The notes beneath the pieces were generated by a model. That model was not told where the DNA came from. It ran no database searches and saw nothing but the letters and a program-made list of their open reading frames with translations. The translations under genes were made by a program, and so were the position numbers. Below, piece after piece: positions 8,350 through 17,593 of a stretch of 57,547 nucleotides of DNA. The DNA lies in contig JAIXQT010000132.1 of NCBI GenBank assembly GCA_027485595.1, forward strand, positions 1-57,547. The letters are read 5' to 3'. The DNA comes from Pseudomonadota bacterium (GTDB lineage: Bacteria; Bdellovibrionota_C; UBA2361; OMII01). The stretch's first letter is position 1. Each line of letters opens with the position of its first letter.

Positions 8350-9912
8350 ATGCTACCACTCTCCTCAGGAGGGCCGAACGCCCCACGAAAGCCAGGCGAA
8401 AACGCCGTACACCAGAAGCCCTCTCAGGGCGATCTCTTCGGCGATCTCTTTGGACCGAACGGGGGCGCTCTCTCTGCGGCGGAGGTTGAGGCCCTTGTTG
8501 TTCCGCCCGGATCGGATCGCTGGGAGCCAGTCCGTGGTGCCGTCTTGCCGGCAGGTGCGGATCCCCTCGTCGGGCGCGCGCGACAGAGCTTTCCCTCGCT
8601 CTCAGAGGATCAGGTTCTTGCGCTGCGAAGTGTATCTGCGTTTATCCGTTGCGCGGACCCGGGCGCTCCACGTGTGTTCGTGGTCGCTGGATACGCCGGA
8701 GTTGGAAAGACCACACTTATGGGTCCGATAGCGGAGTGGTGCAAAGAGAGCATCCTATCGTTTCACCTCCTAGCCTTCACTAACAGCGCGGTGGATACCG
8801 CTCGCGTGAGGAGCCCTCATGTATTCACAAAAGATAACGCTCGCACACTTCACTCTACCCTGTACGGAGCTCCTAAGAACGGGAGCTTCTCTATCGGCGC
8901 TCCACGGCGTGGAAGTCTTGAGGGGGCGCGGGTTGTGTTTGTGGATGAGGCATCGCTTGTGCCATCGGCGGTGATGAGGGATCTCATCGCGGTCGCGCAC
9001 CGCAAGGGGATCAAGGTTGTTATCTTTGGTGATCCCTTTCAGCTGGGCGCGGTTGAAGGGAGCGATTTGCGCCCTTTTGAGCCCCTCAAAACTCCCCACG
9101 TGGCGATGCGTAGGGTGGTGCGTCAGGGGGCGGACTCTGGAGTTTTGCGGCTTGCGACCACGATTCGTGAGGGAGGCAGGGCATGTGCCCCAACGGAGCG
9201 GCTTCCTGACGCTCTGCCAGGTCGAGCGGAGGAGGGGGCATGGCGATTTCCCCGAGCTGACGGTGGGGCACTCGATCTCTTAGTGGCGTTATGGAAGCGG
9301 AACCCCGGTGGGGTTGCCGCAATTGTTGGGGGCAATAAAGAGCGGGTCACGCTCAACGCGGCGGCACGGGAACGGCTGCGCCCAGATCGTGACGGTCCCC
9401 TCTCGGCTCACGAGCCTCTCATGGTGCTCGGAAACACTCACGAGCTCTCTAACGGTGCGCGGATTATGGCGCCGGAGTGGGTGCGACATTCTGAGGTGCA
9501 CAACATCACCTTCAAGCGTTTCGATGAGGGATTTCATCGCGAGGTTGAGGAGCAGGCGTTTGTGATCATCTCCCTCGAGCCTGACCCGGAGACGAATAGG
9601 CGCAGAAAGCTGGTGCTCTTCCCAGAAACCCTTGCGCCCTCGATTGCGCTTATGCCCCTTGTGCTCGCGCAAAAGCTTCCTGAGCTTGAGCGTAGAAAGC
9701 TAGAGGCCTGGTGTCGTGACGCAATTCCAGTGACTCCCTACTACGTTGGTACCTGTCACAAAGCCCAAGGGAAGGAGTGGGAGGAGGTCGTTGTCATCCC
9801 ACCGGGCGCAGACTCAATACTACGCAGAGACCCAACTGCCCTCGGCCGATGGGCGTACACCGCATTTACTCGCGCAAAGATGAGAGTGTACTGCGAAGTG
9901 TCCCCTCGGTGA
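8350..9912 (+). CDS. SF1 DNA helicase, RecD/Dda/TraA-like (AAA_30 plus UvrD_C_2-type architecture)
   Basis: It has Walker A VVAGYAGVGKTTLMG, Walker B VVFVDEASLV and motif III GDPFQLGAV. The C-terminal segment TCHKAQGKEWEEVVVIP...AYTAFTRAKMRVY is also helicase-like. The first ~100 aa look disordered. Confidence 0.8.
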   Translation: MLPLSSGGPNAPRKPGENAVHQKPSQGDLFGDLFGPNGGALSAAEVEALVVPPGSDRWEPVRGAVLPAGADPLVGRARQSFPSLSEDQVLALRSVSAFIRCADPGAPRVFVVAGYAGVGKTTLMGPIAEWCKESILSFHLLAFTNSAVDTARVRSPHVFTKDNARTLHSTLYGAPKNGSFSIGAPRRGSLEGARVVFVDEASLVPSAVMRDLIAVAHRKGIKVVIFGDPFQLGAVEGSDLRPFEPLKTPHVAMRRVVRQGADSGVLRLATTIREGGRACAPTERLPDALPGRAEEGAWRFPRADGGALDLLVALWKRNPGGVAAIVGGNKERVTLNAAARERLRPDRDGPLSAHEPLMVLGNTHELSNGARIMAPEWVRHSEVHNITFKRFDEGFHREVEEQAFVIISLEPDPETNRRRKLVLFPETLAPSIALMPLVLAQKLPELERRKLEAWCRDAIPVTPYYVGTCHKAQGKEWEEVVVIPPGADSILRRDPTALGRWAYTAFTRAKMRVYCEVSPR

Positions 9913-10050
9913 ACGCCATCCATTTTGTTACGCGAGATTCTGGACCGTGCCCCCACGTAGGTGTGTCGCTAGGCACGGTACGAGGGTGTTGTATCCGCTG
10001 GGACCCCAAGGTTTGACATTCCCTCTCCCGTCACGCACGATGGATATCCC

Positions 10051-12144
10051 ATGGGTATTCTTCCTCCTGGCTCCACAAAAGCCGCACCACCTTCATCTCT
10101 AGACGCACCGGTAGGCTCTCTCGTTCAGTACGATGACGACGGAGGCATCCTGCTCGGAGTTATAACCGGCGCGAAGCGGGATAAGTTCACCGTGCTCAAT
10201 GTGAGAGGTCGAGAGGTTGAGCTCGCTCGCCCACGTCTCTACCGATTGCCAAGTGGAACGAGCGTCTCCGGCGCAAGTGTGAGCGCGAAGACTGAAGCGC
10301 TCAACGGTATCTCCAAAAACATTGAGCGTGAAGCGTCGGACCTCAATGTTGAGGAGCTGTGGTCGTTCGTGCACGAGGAGTGCCGAATCTATACAGTGAC
10401 CGAGTTATGTCAAAACTATTTTGGCTCTGACACCCCCGAAAAACATGCTGGACTGCGCATCGCCCTGATCAAGGAGAGGGTGCACTTTAAGCGAGACAAG
10501 GATGGCTTTGAGCCACGTTCAGCCCACGTGGTAAGCGAACTTCGAATTGCCGAAGAGGCAAAAAAACGAAAGGTAACCGCGCGCGAGTCTACCGTTGCCT
10601 GTGTTGTTCAACGCTCCAAGGATCCCGCTGCTGTGATTCCTCACGAGTTAGAGGAGAATTTCGCTCTTATGGGTGAGGTCGCCGCTGGTGTTGCGCACAC
10701 CGACCAATCCCGCCAGAAGGAGGGGAAGGAGCTCACGCATCTTTGTGCTCAGGCGCTTAAACTTTCAGAGAACGCTCCGATCGAAAAGCAAGCCTTCGAC
10801 GTCCTGCTCAAGAGTGGATACTTCACGAAGGATTCAAATCTATCCTTTATTCGTCACGATATTCCAGCGCGCTACTCTCGGGAAGCTCTTGAGGAGGCCG
10901 AAACGTTCGTAGTTCCTTCGACGCTCGCCGACTTTCCTGAGGAGGAGCGGCGCTTGCGGGCAGATTTTACGAGGAAGCACACCTTCACCATCGATGATAT
11001 CTCAACCCAGGACATGGATGACGCCATCTCGATGGAGCGGACCCCTGATGGATACGAGTTGGGGATTCACATCACGGATGTGGCGTGGGCGCTTGCTCCG
11101 GAAAGCGCGCTCGATAGGGAGGCTCGTCGTCGCGCCACCTCGTTGTATTGTGCGGATCAGACTGTAAATATGTTGCCGCGTATCCTGTCGGATATGAAGT
11201 TAAGCCTCCGACAGGGGGAGGTGCGGCCGTCCATCTCAGTTGTTGCCCAGCTCTCGGAACACTTTGAGATCCGTGAATGGACGGTGACCCCCTCTTTTAT
11301 CCGTGTCGCGCAGCGGTACACCTATGATGATGTCGACCTCCTGTTAGAGCATGAGGACGAGACCCTCATGCGGGTCTACCACGCCGCGACCGCGTGCGAG
11401 GAGGAACGTATACGCAAGGGCGCGGTCAGGGTACATCGGCGCGAGGTCGTTCCTTTTGTGGAGGATGATGGATCTATTCGCCTCTTGGAGATAGATGAGG
11501 AGAGCCCCGCTCGTTCGCTTGTCGCCGAGTTGATGGTGCTCGCGAACTCGCTCATGGCGCAGTTTGCGGTACAGCATAACCTCCCCGTTATTTTTCGAGG
11601 CCAGGAGCGGCCCGATGAGAACGCTCGTCAGGCGTTAGTCGATGTCCCGGAGGGGCCAGCCAAGGATTTCACCGCCCGAACAAAACTCAAGAAATCAACT
11701 ATGTCGTTTGAGCCGCACTATCACGCTGGACTTGGACTCGACGCGTACATCCAAGCGACATCGCCGATTAGAAGGTACTTGGATCTGTGTCACCAGCGGC
11801 AGTTTCTCTCGTTTTTTAAGCGCCAACAGCCGTGGATGTCGAAGTCTGAGTTCGAGCCAGTAGCATCGGAGGTTGAGGTTCACCTCAACGCCGCTAATCT
11901 GGCAAGTCGGGAGACCAAACGGTATTGGCTGCTTCGGTACCTTGAGCAGCGCGGTCGGGGCTCTGTCATTACAGGAACCGTTGTGCGTCTCGACACAAAG
12001 TCCCCATTAGTCGAGCTTGATGAGATCTACATCACAGTATTTGTCAAAACGACCAGGCCTGTTCGCATGGGAGAGCAGATCTCGATGAAGGTGGTTACTG
12101 TCGATCCTCACGGGGACTACGTTCGATTAGAGGCTGTGGCGTAA
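10051..12144 (+). CDS. RNase II/RNase R-family 3-prime to 5-prime exoribonuclease (RNB domain)
   Basis: It has the RNB catalytic motifs FTIDDISTQDMDDAIS and ATSPIRRYLDLCHQRQ, plus a C-terminal S1-like segment. Length is 697 aa. Confidence 0.85.
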   Translation: MGILPPGSTKAAPPSSLDAPVGSLVQYDDDGGILLGVITGAKRDKFTVLNVRGREVELARPRLYRLPSGTSVSGASVSAKTEALNGISKNIEREASDLNVEELWSFVHEECRIYTVTELCQNYFGSDTPEKHAGLRIALIKERVHFKRDKDGFEPRSAHVVSELRIAEEAKKRKVTARESTVACVVQRSKDPAAVIPHELEENFALMGEVAAGVAHTDQSRQKEGKELTHLCAQALKLSENAPIEKQAFDVLLKSGYFTKDSNLSFIRHDIPARYSREALEEAETFVVPSTLADFPEEERRLRADFTRKHTFTIDDISTQDMDDAISMERTPDGYELGIHITDVAWALAPESALDREARRRATSLYCADQTVNMLPRILSDMKLSLRQGEVRPSISVVAQLSEHFEIREWTVTPSFIRVAQRYTYDDVDLLLEHEDETLMRVYHAATACEEERIRKGAVRVHRREVVPFVEDDGSIRLLEIDEESPARSLVAELMVLANSLMAQFAVQHNLPVIFRGQERPDENARQALVDVPEGPAKDFTARTKLKKSTMSFEPHYHAGLGLDAYIQATSPIRRYLDLCHQRQFLSFFKRQQPWMSKSEFEPVASEVEVHLNAANLASRETKRYWLLRYLEQRGRGSVITGTVVRLDTKSPLVELDEIYITVFVKTTRPVRMGEQISMKVVTVDPHGDYVRLEAVA

Positions 12145-12158
12145 CGATTGCCGACATC

Positions 12159-12896
12159 ATGAGCTGTCCGTCATACACGCCTCACCGGGTAGTGATATCC
12201 TTGCTCACTATGTATCATCACTATCCCTCACGAGAGGCCGCCGGCCAGGTCCTCGCGGATCTCCTCGCGCGGCATCCCTTCCTCTCACATCCAGTTGTCG
12301 TGGCGCTTCCTCGGGGAGGGGTACCTCTTGGTTTTGAGGTAGCCAGAAGACTTCATGCACCCCTTGATCTCCTCGTGGTGAGAAAGATAGGAGCCCCCGG
12401 TCACGCTGAGTTAGCGTGTGGCGCGTTCATACTGGGTGGAGAGGTCGTCTGGAATACCAGCGTTATGAAGGCCTTGAAGGTTACGCGCGAAGATCTTGAG
12501 GAAACCTATCAAGACGAGGTCGATGAGGCTAAGCAACGAGAGCAGGCGCTGAGGGCGCCGGATAGCCCACCTATCCCTCTCGCCGGCAGGTCCGTTGTCA
12601 TCGTGGATGACGGACTCGCGACGGGCGCGACTATGAAGGCCGCATTTCACGGCGTGCAACGCCAGAATCCACGCGAGGTCGTTGTCGCAATACCCGTTGG
12701 TCCACAGTCTACATGCCGAGAGCTGGAGAAGATGGGGGCATCGCTCGTATGTGACCAGCGTGTAGACGACGCGCATTTCTCAAGTGTGGGTCAATGGTAT
12801 TCCGAATTTCCTCAAGTGCCGACAGAGGAGTGTCGGGAGTTGCTTCTACGAAGTCGGCGAGACCAACGCAGCGAAGGTGCCTCTATCGCCTCATAG
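12159..12896 (+). CDS. phosphoribosyltransferase-domain protein (COG1926-like predicted PRTase)
   Basis: It has the PRPP-binding loop VVIVDDGLATGATMKAA and the N-terminal segment ALPRGGVPLGFEVA. It starts 15 nt after the RNB gene. An alternative start is at Met18 (about 12210). Confidence 0.75.
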   Translation: MSCPSYTPHRVVISLLTMYHHYPSREAAGQVLADLLARHPFLSHPVVVALPRGGVPLGFEVARRLHAPLDLLVVRKIGAPGHAELACGAFILGGEVVWNTSVMKALKVTREDLEETYQDEVDEAKQREQALRAPDSPPIPLAGRSVVIVDDGLATGATMKAAFHGVQRQNPREVVVAIPVGPQSTCRELEKMGASLVCDQRVDDAHFSSVGQWYSEFPQVPTEECRELLLRSRRDQRSEGASIAS

Positions 12897-12970
12897 GATG
12901 GAGCCGATTATGCGTGGATGAAGAGAGAGCAGTAGCGACAGTAATAACCATTCAAAAAAACCTTGGAACG

Positions 12971-13007
12971 AGGGAGCGCAGGATAGAGTTATATCACTGC
13001 GCTCCCT
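12971..13007. terminator. bidirectional terminator-like hairpin between convergent genes
   Basis: AGGGAGCGCAG (15-nt loop) CTGCGCTCCCT forms an 11-bp stem. It is preceded by CAAAAAAACC and followed by TCATTCTTGT. Confidence 0.6.
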
Positions 13008-13023
13008 TCATTCTTGTGGTGTA

Positions 13024-13509
13024 TCAAAGACCGAGGAAGTCTGGGCGCTCGATAGCGAGACGCACAGTTTTGATGATATCGGCTTGATAGTATCGTAGCA
13101 TGCAGTTCATGATCAGGGTCGAACTCAAGTAGGACATAGACAGCATACAGGCAAGAGCATCTCGTTTGAGGATGAATCTTGCGAGTATGGCTATCACGCC
13201 AATTGAGTAGTAACCCGGATGTGCTGTCAGCATGAGCTGCATCACGCCGGGGATCACACACAGCGCGACGGATATCAAAGCAATCCAAGCTAGCATAGCA
13301 AGCTTGACACGGTTGCTCAGTTCCGTAGGCATCGGTAGTAGCGAGACTACCGTGAGTGTTACTCCAAACGCGAAGAGCGCATACGACAACATTACGATTG
13401 CATAGGTCAGGTTAAGGGTCATGTTATATAGTGTTTGATCTCGGGGACCGCCGTGCTCGGATGACATTCGTGTCATCCGTGACGGTCTGGGCAAGATCGA
13501 ACAGCACAC
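13024..13509 (-). CDS. hypothetical integral membrane protein (about 4 TM helices)
   Basis: The ORF contains hydrophobic segments (AIVMLSYALFAFGVTLTVVSLL, LAMLAWIALISVALCVIPGV, YYSIGVIAILARFIL). I recognise no family, and the start is uncertain. Confidence 0.45.
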   Translation of the reverse strand: MCCSILPRPSRMTRMSSEHGGPRDQTLYNMTLNLTYAIVMLSYALFAFGVTLTVVSLLPMPTELSNRVKLAMLAWIALISVALCVIPGVMQLMLTAHPGYYSIGVIAILARFILKRDALACMLSMSYLSSTLIMNCMLRYYQADIIKTVRLAIERPDFLGL

Positions 13510-13835
13510 CGTGGTGTGCTCTACCGATCTTGCCCACTTCGGGATCGTTCACCGAACAAAAACGCTTTTTGTCGCTACCGCTCCTCGCTTGCTTCATCTG
13601 ACGCAACCAAGGAGCGGTATTGGATTCCTTCTACCCGTATAGAGCTGTGGTCTTATGTTATGACCAGCTCCTAACCATTTGTGTCTTTGAGCGATCGGTT
13701 TAGTTCAAAAAAGACGAGATGTTGGGTGGTTACTGGGCTTAAAGAGGTCTCATCTGTGAACCCGTGGAACCTCAGGGCGCAAAAAAGGAGAGCCCCGGGC
13801 CCTCCTCATATCAGCATTAATCAAGACGTTAGCCC

Positions 13836-14011
13836 TGCCAGGATGGTGAATAATGATTTCCTGTTACGCATTCCGGTAATGCGACTGCACCTTCGTTGAA
13901 GCCGCCACAATATCCTCAACGTATCTGGGTGGATACGCCCCGTCGTCTCCGCGTTGTTTCGTTAAAATACCCGAAATGCTCACGACAGAACCTTTGTTCA
14001 CCAGTGTGTTA
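13836..14011. mobile_element. MITE-like element, copy B (diverged long form)
   Basis: CCAGGATGGTGAATAATGATTTCCTGTTACGC ... ATCCTCAACGTATCTGGGTGGATACGCC ... AGAACCTTTGTTCACCAGTGTGT|TA aligns along its whole length with copy A. Confidence 0.65.
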
Positions 14012-14209
14012 GTGAATCGCCACTTCGCCAGGCAGTTCTTCCTCCGAATCGGTGCACTCGACCTCTTCGCCGTTAAGCTCTTTGCAAAGGTCCGATATCA
14101 TCTCGAAGGCTTTGGCGAGAGAGTTCATCTCGTCGCAGGTAATTTCAAGCATCTCGAAAGCTAACTCCTCGTCGGTCAGTTCTGGCACATCCTTTCTCTC
14201 TTTTGCCAT
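14009..14209 (-). CDS. small acidic hypothetical protein (66 aa)
   Basis: MAKERKDVPELTDEELAFEMLEITCDEMNSL...PGEVAIH. The ATG at 14209 is preceded by AGGAGAG. The TAA stop (14011-14009) is the terminal TA plus one base of MITE copy B. Confidence 0.45.
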   Translation of the reverse strand: MAKERKDVPELTDEELAFEMLEITCDEMNSLAKAFEMISDLCKELNGEEVECTDSEEELPGEVAIH

Positions 14210-14490
14210 GATCTCTCCTCGGCGAATTGTTTGGATGAGGTAATGCACAACCTGTTCCAAATGGTACGTCGGTCGGACGGTCAAGAAACTTGAGAGAAAG
14301 GTTTGAAAATAACGAATTCCTAGGGGGTTAGATCGGCGGTGTGGGGCGGGGCATGGCGGATCCGTGACGCCGGTAGGCAGAAATGACTAGCCCTTGGCAT
14401 GCATGAGGGAAAACGGTGACCGCGCCCCCCCTCTCAAGGGGCGGGCTTTGGGTATACAAGGTGTTGATTTCACGCCCTCGCCGGAGCGCT

Positions 14491-14670
14491 TCAGCTCGGG
14501 GACTGCCGCTCCTCGCTATCGGCTCGGCGAGTGACGACCGTTTGCCCCGGCTCCTCATGAATCATGGCGTACCCGCCGAGGTCCGACCTAAATGAAGGTT
14601 CAGCGACGGTGCACCCAGCTACCAGAGATAATCCCACCAGGCATGCAAGTAATCTTACTATACGTCTCAT
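14491..14670 (-). CDS. small putative lipoprotein (59 aa; below the ORF-track size cutoff)
   Basis: My translation is MRRIVRLLACLVGLSLVAGCTVAEPSF..., a signal peptide plus an L-V-A-G-C lipobox. Confidence 0.4.
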   Translation of the reverse strand: MRRIVRLLACLVGLSLVAGCTVAEPSFRSDLGGYAMIHEEPGQTVVTRRADSEERQSPS

Positions 14671-14852
14671 AAAGGCTCTCTATCTCTTTAGCCTGATCCT
14701 ACCTCTGTGAGTTATGCGGGTTGAATGAAAAAATGTTGCCTCTAAGGATTTCCGGTACGAGATTCCCGTTGTTTTTTAAACAAATCCGAGCGCGTAGGGA
14801 GTTCTCGTAAGGAGTATGTGCCTCGCTTCCTTAACTATCGAGTCTACCGATT

Positions 14853-15875
14853 GTGTGGTACCGTCTGCTCACCGTGAACACTTCAGTCATCTCCTGCCAA
14901 TCCTTGACCAAGGAGTATCTCTCCACCCGTAAAGAGCCTGGGCTCCTGGGAACTCTGCGCTCGTTTGTATCCCCACATCGGGTAACGGTAAGAGCCGTGC
15001 AGGATTTTAATCTTGAGGTTGGAACGGGTGAGATCGTTGGGCTCCTCGGGCCGAATGGAGCCGGCAAGACTACACTGATTAAGATGTTGACGGGGATCGT
15101 TGCTCCCAGTCATGGGATCGCGCGTGTGCTTGGCTACGAGCCCTTTCGGCGACCGAAAGATTTTCGCAGACGGATCTCGTTGGTCATGGGCCAGAAAACG
15201 CAGCTATGGTTGGACATCCCCGCCTACGACTCGTTTCAGCTCCTTCAGCGGTACTACGAGGTACCCGAGGATCAATTTACTCGGCGAGTGCATTCCCTCG
15301 GTGAGATGCTAGGGGTGAGACACCTCTTTCACACCCATATTCGAAGACTCTCGCTTGGTGAAAGGATGAAGATGGAGCTGATGGCTTGTCTCCTTCACAA
15401 TCCAGATCTCTGTATCCTCGATGAGCCGACCATTGGCTTGGATGTCGTGGCTCAAAAGCACATACGGGATTTTTTCAAGGCGTATCAACGGGAGAACAAG
15501 ACCACCATTATTCTCACCTCTCACTACATGGCTGACATCGAGGCGTTGTGTCCCCGCATCGTTCTCGTTCTTGGTGGACGCAAGAGGTTCGATGGAACTA
15601 TCGGTGACTTTGAGAGAGTGTTAGGCAGAGAAAAGTTTGTCTCTATGTCGTTCGGTGAGCCTGTCGATCGTACCCACCCTTTATGGGAAGGGCTCAACCC
15701 GCAATGGGGTGAAGAGGGGACTTCGGTCGAACTACAGATAGAGGAGGGAGCCCTCAGAGAGCGCTCGATAGCTATACTTTCAACGTTTCCGGTTGTTGAT
15801 TACTCAACTGAGAAGTTGCCGATTGAGCGAGTGCTCAAAACACTGCTCGCGAATCCACACCTTCTTCCGGGGTAG
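14853..15875 (+). CDS. ABC transporter ATP-binding protein (ABC-2 type, COG4586-like)
   Basis: It has Walker A GPNGAGKTT, signature LSLGERMK and Walker B LCILDEPTIGLD. The start may be the in-frame GTG at about 14874. Confidence 0.9.
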   Translation: MWYRLLTVNTSVISCQSLTKEYLSTRKEPGLLGTLRSFVSPHRVTVRAVQDFNLEVGTGEIVGLLGPNGAGKTTLIKMLTGIVAPSHGIARVLGYEPFRRPKDFRRRISLVMGQKTQLWLDIPAYDSFQLLQRYYEVPEDQFTRRVHSLGEMLGVRHLFHTHIRRLSLGERMKMELMACLLHNPDLCILDEPTIGLDVVAQKHIRDFFKAYQRENKTTIILTSHYMADIEALCPRIVLVLGGRKRFDGTIGDFERVLGREKFVSMSFGEPVDRTHPLWEGLNPQWGEEGTSVELQIEEGALRERSIAILSTFPVVDYSTEKLPIERVLKTLLANPHLLPG

Positions 15876-15878
15876 CGT

Positions 15879-16685
15879 ATGTCACGACGCGAGATAGGAA
15901 AATGGCGTAAAACGATAAGCGTATCGCTCTCTCGATACATGGCGTTTAAAGCCGATTTCTTTCTCATGTTGGTGGCTCCCTCATTTGTATTTATCGCAAT
16001 CAACTACAACATTTGGCGCACGATCTTCGAGTCTCGAGGAGGGGGAAGTATCTCCGGTTTTACAATGGAGCAGATGCTGCACTATCAGTGTTGGTCCTTC
16101 GTCGTGGCTTTACTCGTTCGGTCTCACCGTACCTGGAACCTCTCAGAGCATATTCGGCTCGGTCGGCTGACGGCGTTTTTGCTCTATCCGTTCGACGCGT
16201 GGAAGTTTTACGCCAGCGAGTTTATCGCGTTTCAGCTCCTGCAGCTCACGACAGTCGTTCTTGTTCTCGGGTCGCTCCGATATTTCGATTTTTTGCCCCC
16301 ACTGAACTCTGACGCGGTGCTCGTTGGCCTCGCATTCTCCCTCTTGGTTAGCGTCTTGTGGTTCGTGATCGACTTTACCTTCGGTCTTGCCGCGTTCTGG
16401 CTTGAGGAGGTGTGGATATTTCGAGTGATCTTTAGTTTTTTCGCTGTATTGTTCTCGGGTGCTTTTATTCCGATTGAGCTCTTCCCGCCGGCGCTCCAGC
16501 AGTTTCTGGCCTACACACCATTTCCTTTTATCACCTCCGTACCAGCCCACATCTTCATGGGGACGAGTGGGGTATCGTTATGGTCCGCTACCGTGACCCT
16601 TCTTGGATGGATAGGTGGGTTGGGTGTGTGCGCCTCGATACTATGGCGTCGGGGGCTTCGTCTGTATAGCGCGGCGGGTATCTAG
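15879..16685 (+). CDS. ABC-2 family transporter permease
   Basis: Multi-TM 268-aa ORF immediately after the ATPase, as in the three-gene uncharacterized ABC-2 system. Confidence 0.8.
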   Translation: MSRREIGKWRKTISVSLSRYMAFKADFFLMLVAPSFVFIAINYNIWRTIFESRGGGSISGFTMEQMLHYQCWSFVVALLVRSHRTWNLSEHIRLGRLTAFLLYPFDAWKFYASEFIAFQLLQLTTVVLVLGSLRYFDFLPPLNSDAVLVGLAFSLLVSVLWFVIDFTFGLAAFWLEEVWIFRVIFSFFAVLFSGAFIPIELFPPALQQFLAYTPFPFITSVPAHIFMGTSGVSLWSATVTLLGWIGGLGVCASILWRRGLRLYSAAGI

Positions 16686-17480
16686 ATGAGAGAGAGCGTC
16701 TCCCCATACCTACGGGTCCTTCACCAGCAGATGCTTAACTCCTTGGCGAAGTTGATGAGTTTTCGTCTCAACTTCGTGTTGAGTATGCTCTTTGACCTCG
16801 CCGCGTTCGTTACTTTTTACTACACCACCGATCTTCTTTTTTTACACATCTCCCACATCGGTACCTGGTCGCGAGAAAATTTCCTCTTCTACATATTCTG
16901 GATTCAATCAGTGAGTTGTATCCATGCGGCAGTAATCGCGCCAAACTTTTGGAACTTCGCCGCGGAGATACGGGACGGAAATCTAGACTTTCGCTTGTTA
17001 CGACCGCTCGGAAGCCTTTTTGACGTATTCACCGCCATGACTCGGCCGGTGACCTTGCTGACGTTCCCTTTTATTTTTGGATTTGTTGTCTACTACGGCA
17101 TTCTTCTCAAGGTCTCAATAACTGGATGGCTGATGATGCCCCTCTTATGGGTGCTATCGCTCGTGTGTGTCGTGCTCCTTGAGGTGATGATATCGATGGG
17201 ATTGTTGTGGACGAAAGGTGGTGACGGGATAAATTTTGTACGCATTCACTGTCAGCAGTTTCAACGATGGCCTGATTTTGTGTACCCATCCCCCATGCGA
17301 TGGATATGTACCCGTATTATCCCCTTCCTCGCCGCTACTACTTTTCCCGTTCGAGCGGTACTCGGTCAGGGGGAGTGGTGGGAGATTCCATTGCTATGTG
17401 GGTTGTTAATAGTAGTTTGGTTCGTGACTCGAAGTCTGTGGGTGCTTGGATTACGCCGTTACGAATCAGCGTCGTCGTAA
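16686..17480 (+). CDS. ABC-2 family transporter permease (second subunit)
   Basis: Multi-TM 264-aa ORF. Its start abuts the stop of the previous permease. Confidence 0.8.
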   Translation: MRESVSPYLRVLHQQMLNSLAKLMSFRLNFVLSMLFDLAAFVTFYYTTDLLFLHISHIGTWSRENFLFYIFWIQSVSCIHAAVIAPNFWNFAAEIRDGNLDFRLLRPLGSLFDVFTAMTRPVTLLTFPFIFGFVVYYGILLKVSITGWLMMPLLWVLSLVCVVLLEVMISMGLLWTKGGDGINFVRIHCQQFQRWPDFVYPSPMRWICTRIIPFLAATTFPVRAVLGQGEWWEIPLLCGLLIVVWFVTRSLWVLGLRRYESASS

Positions 17481-17556
17481 CGGCAAGGGGCTATGGCTCT
17501 GGGAGGATGAGGATCTCATCCCCCTCTCTCCATCGAAGGCACAGTCATGCCAGTGC

Positions 17557-17593
17557 GATGCTCGGTAGGGAAGCGTTTTTCACCACCCTGCTA
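17557..17593. repeat. solo right end of the MITE-like element (copy D)
   Basis: GATGCTCGGTAGGGAAGCGTTTTTCACCACCCTGC|TA matches the right arm of copy A. Confidence 0.7.
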
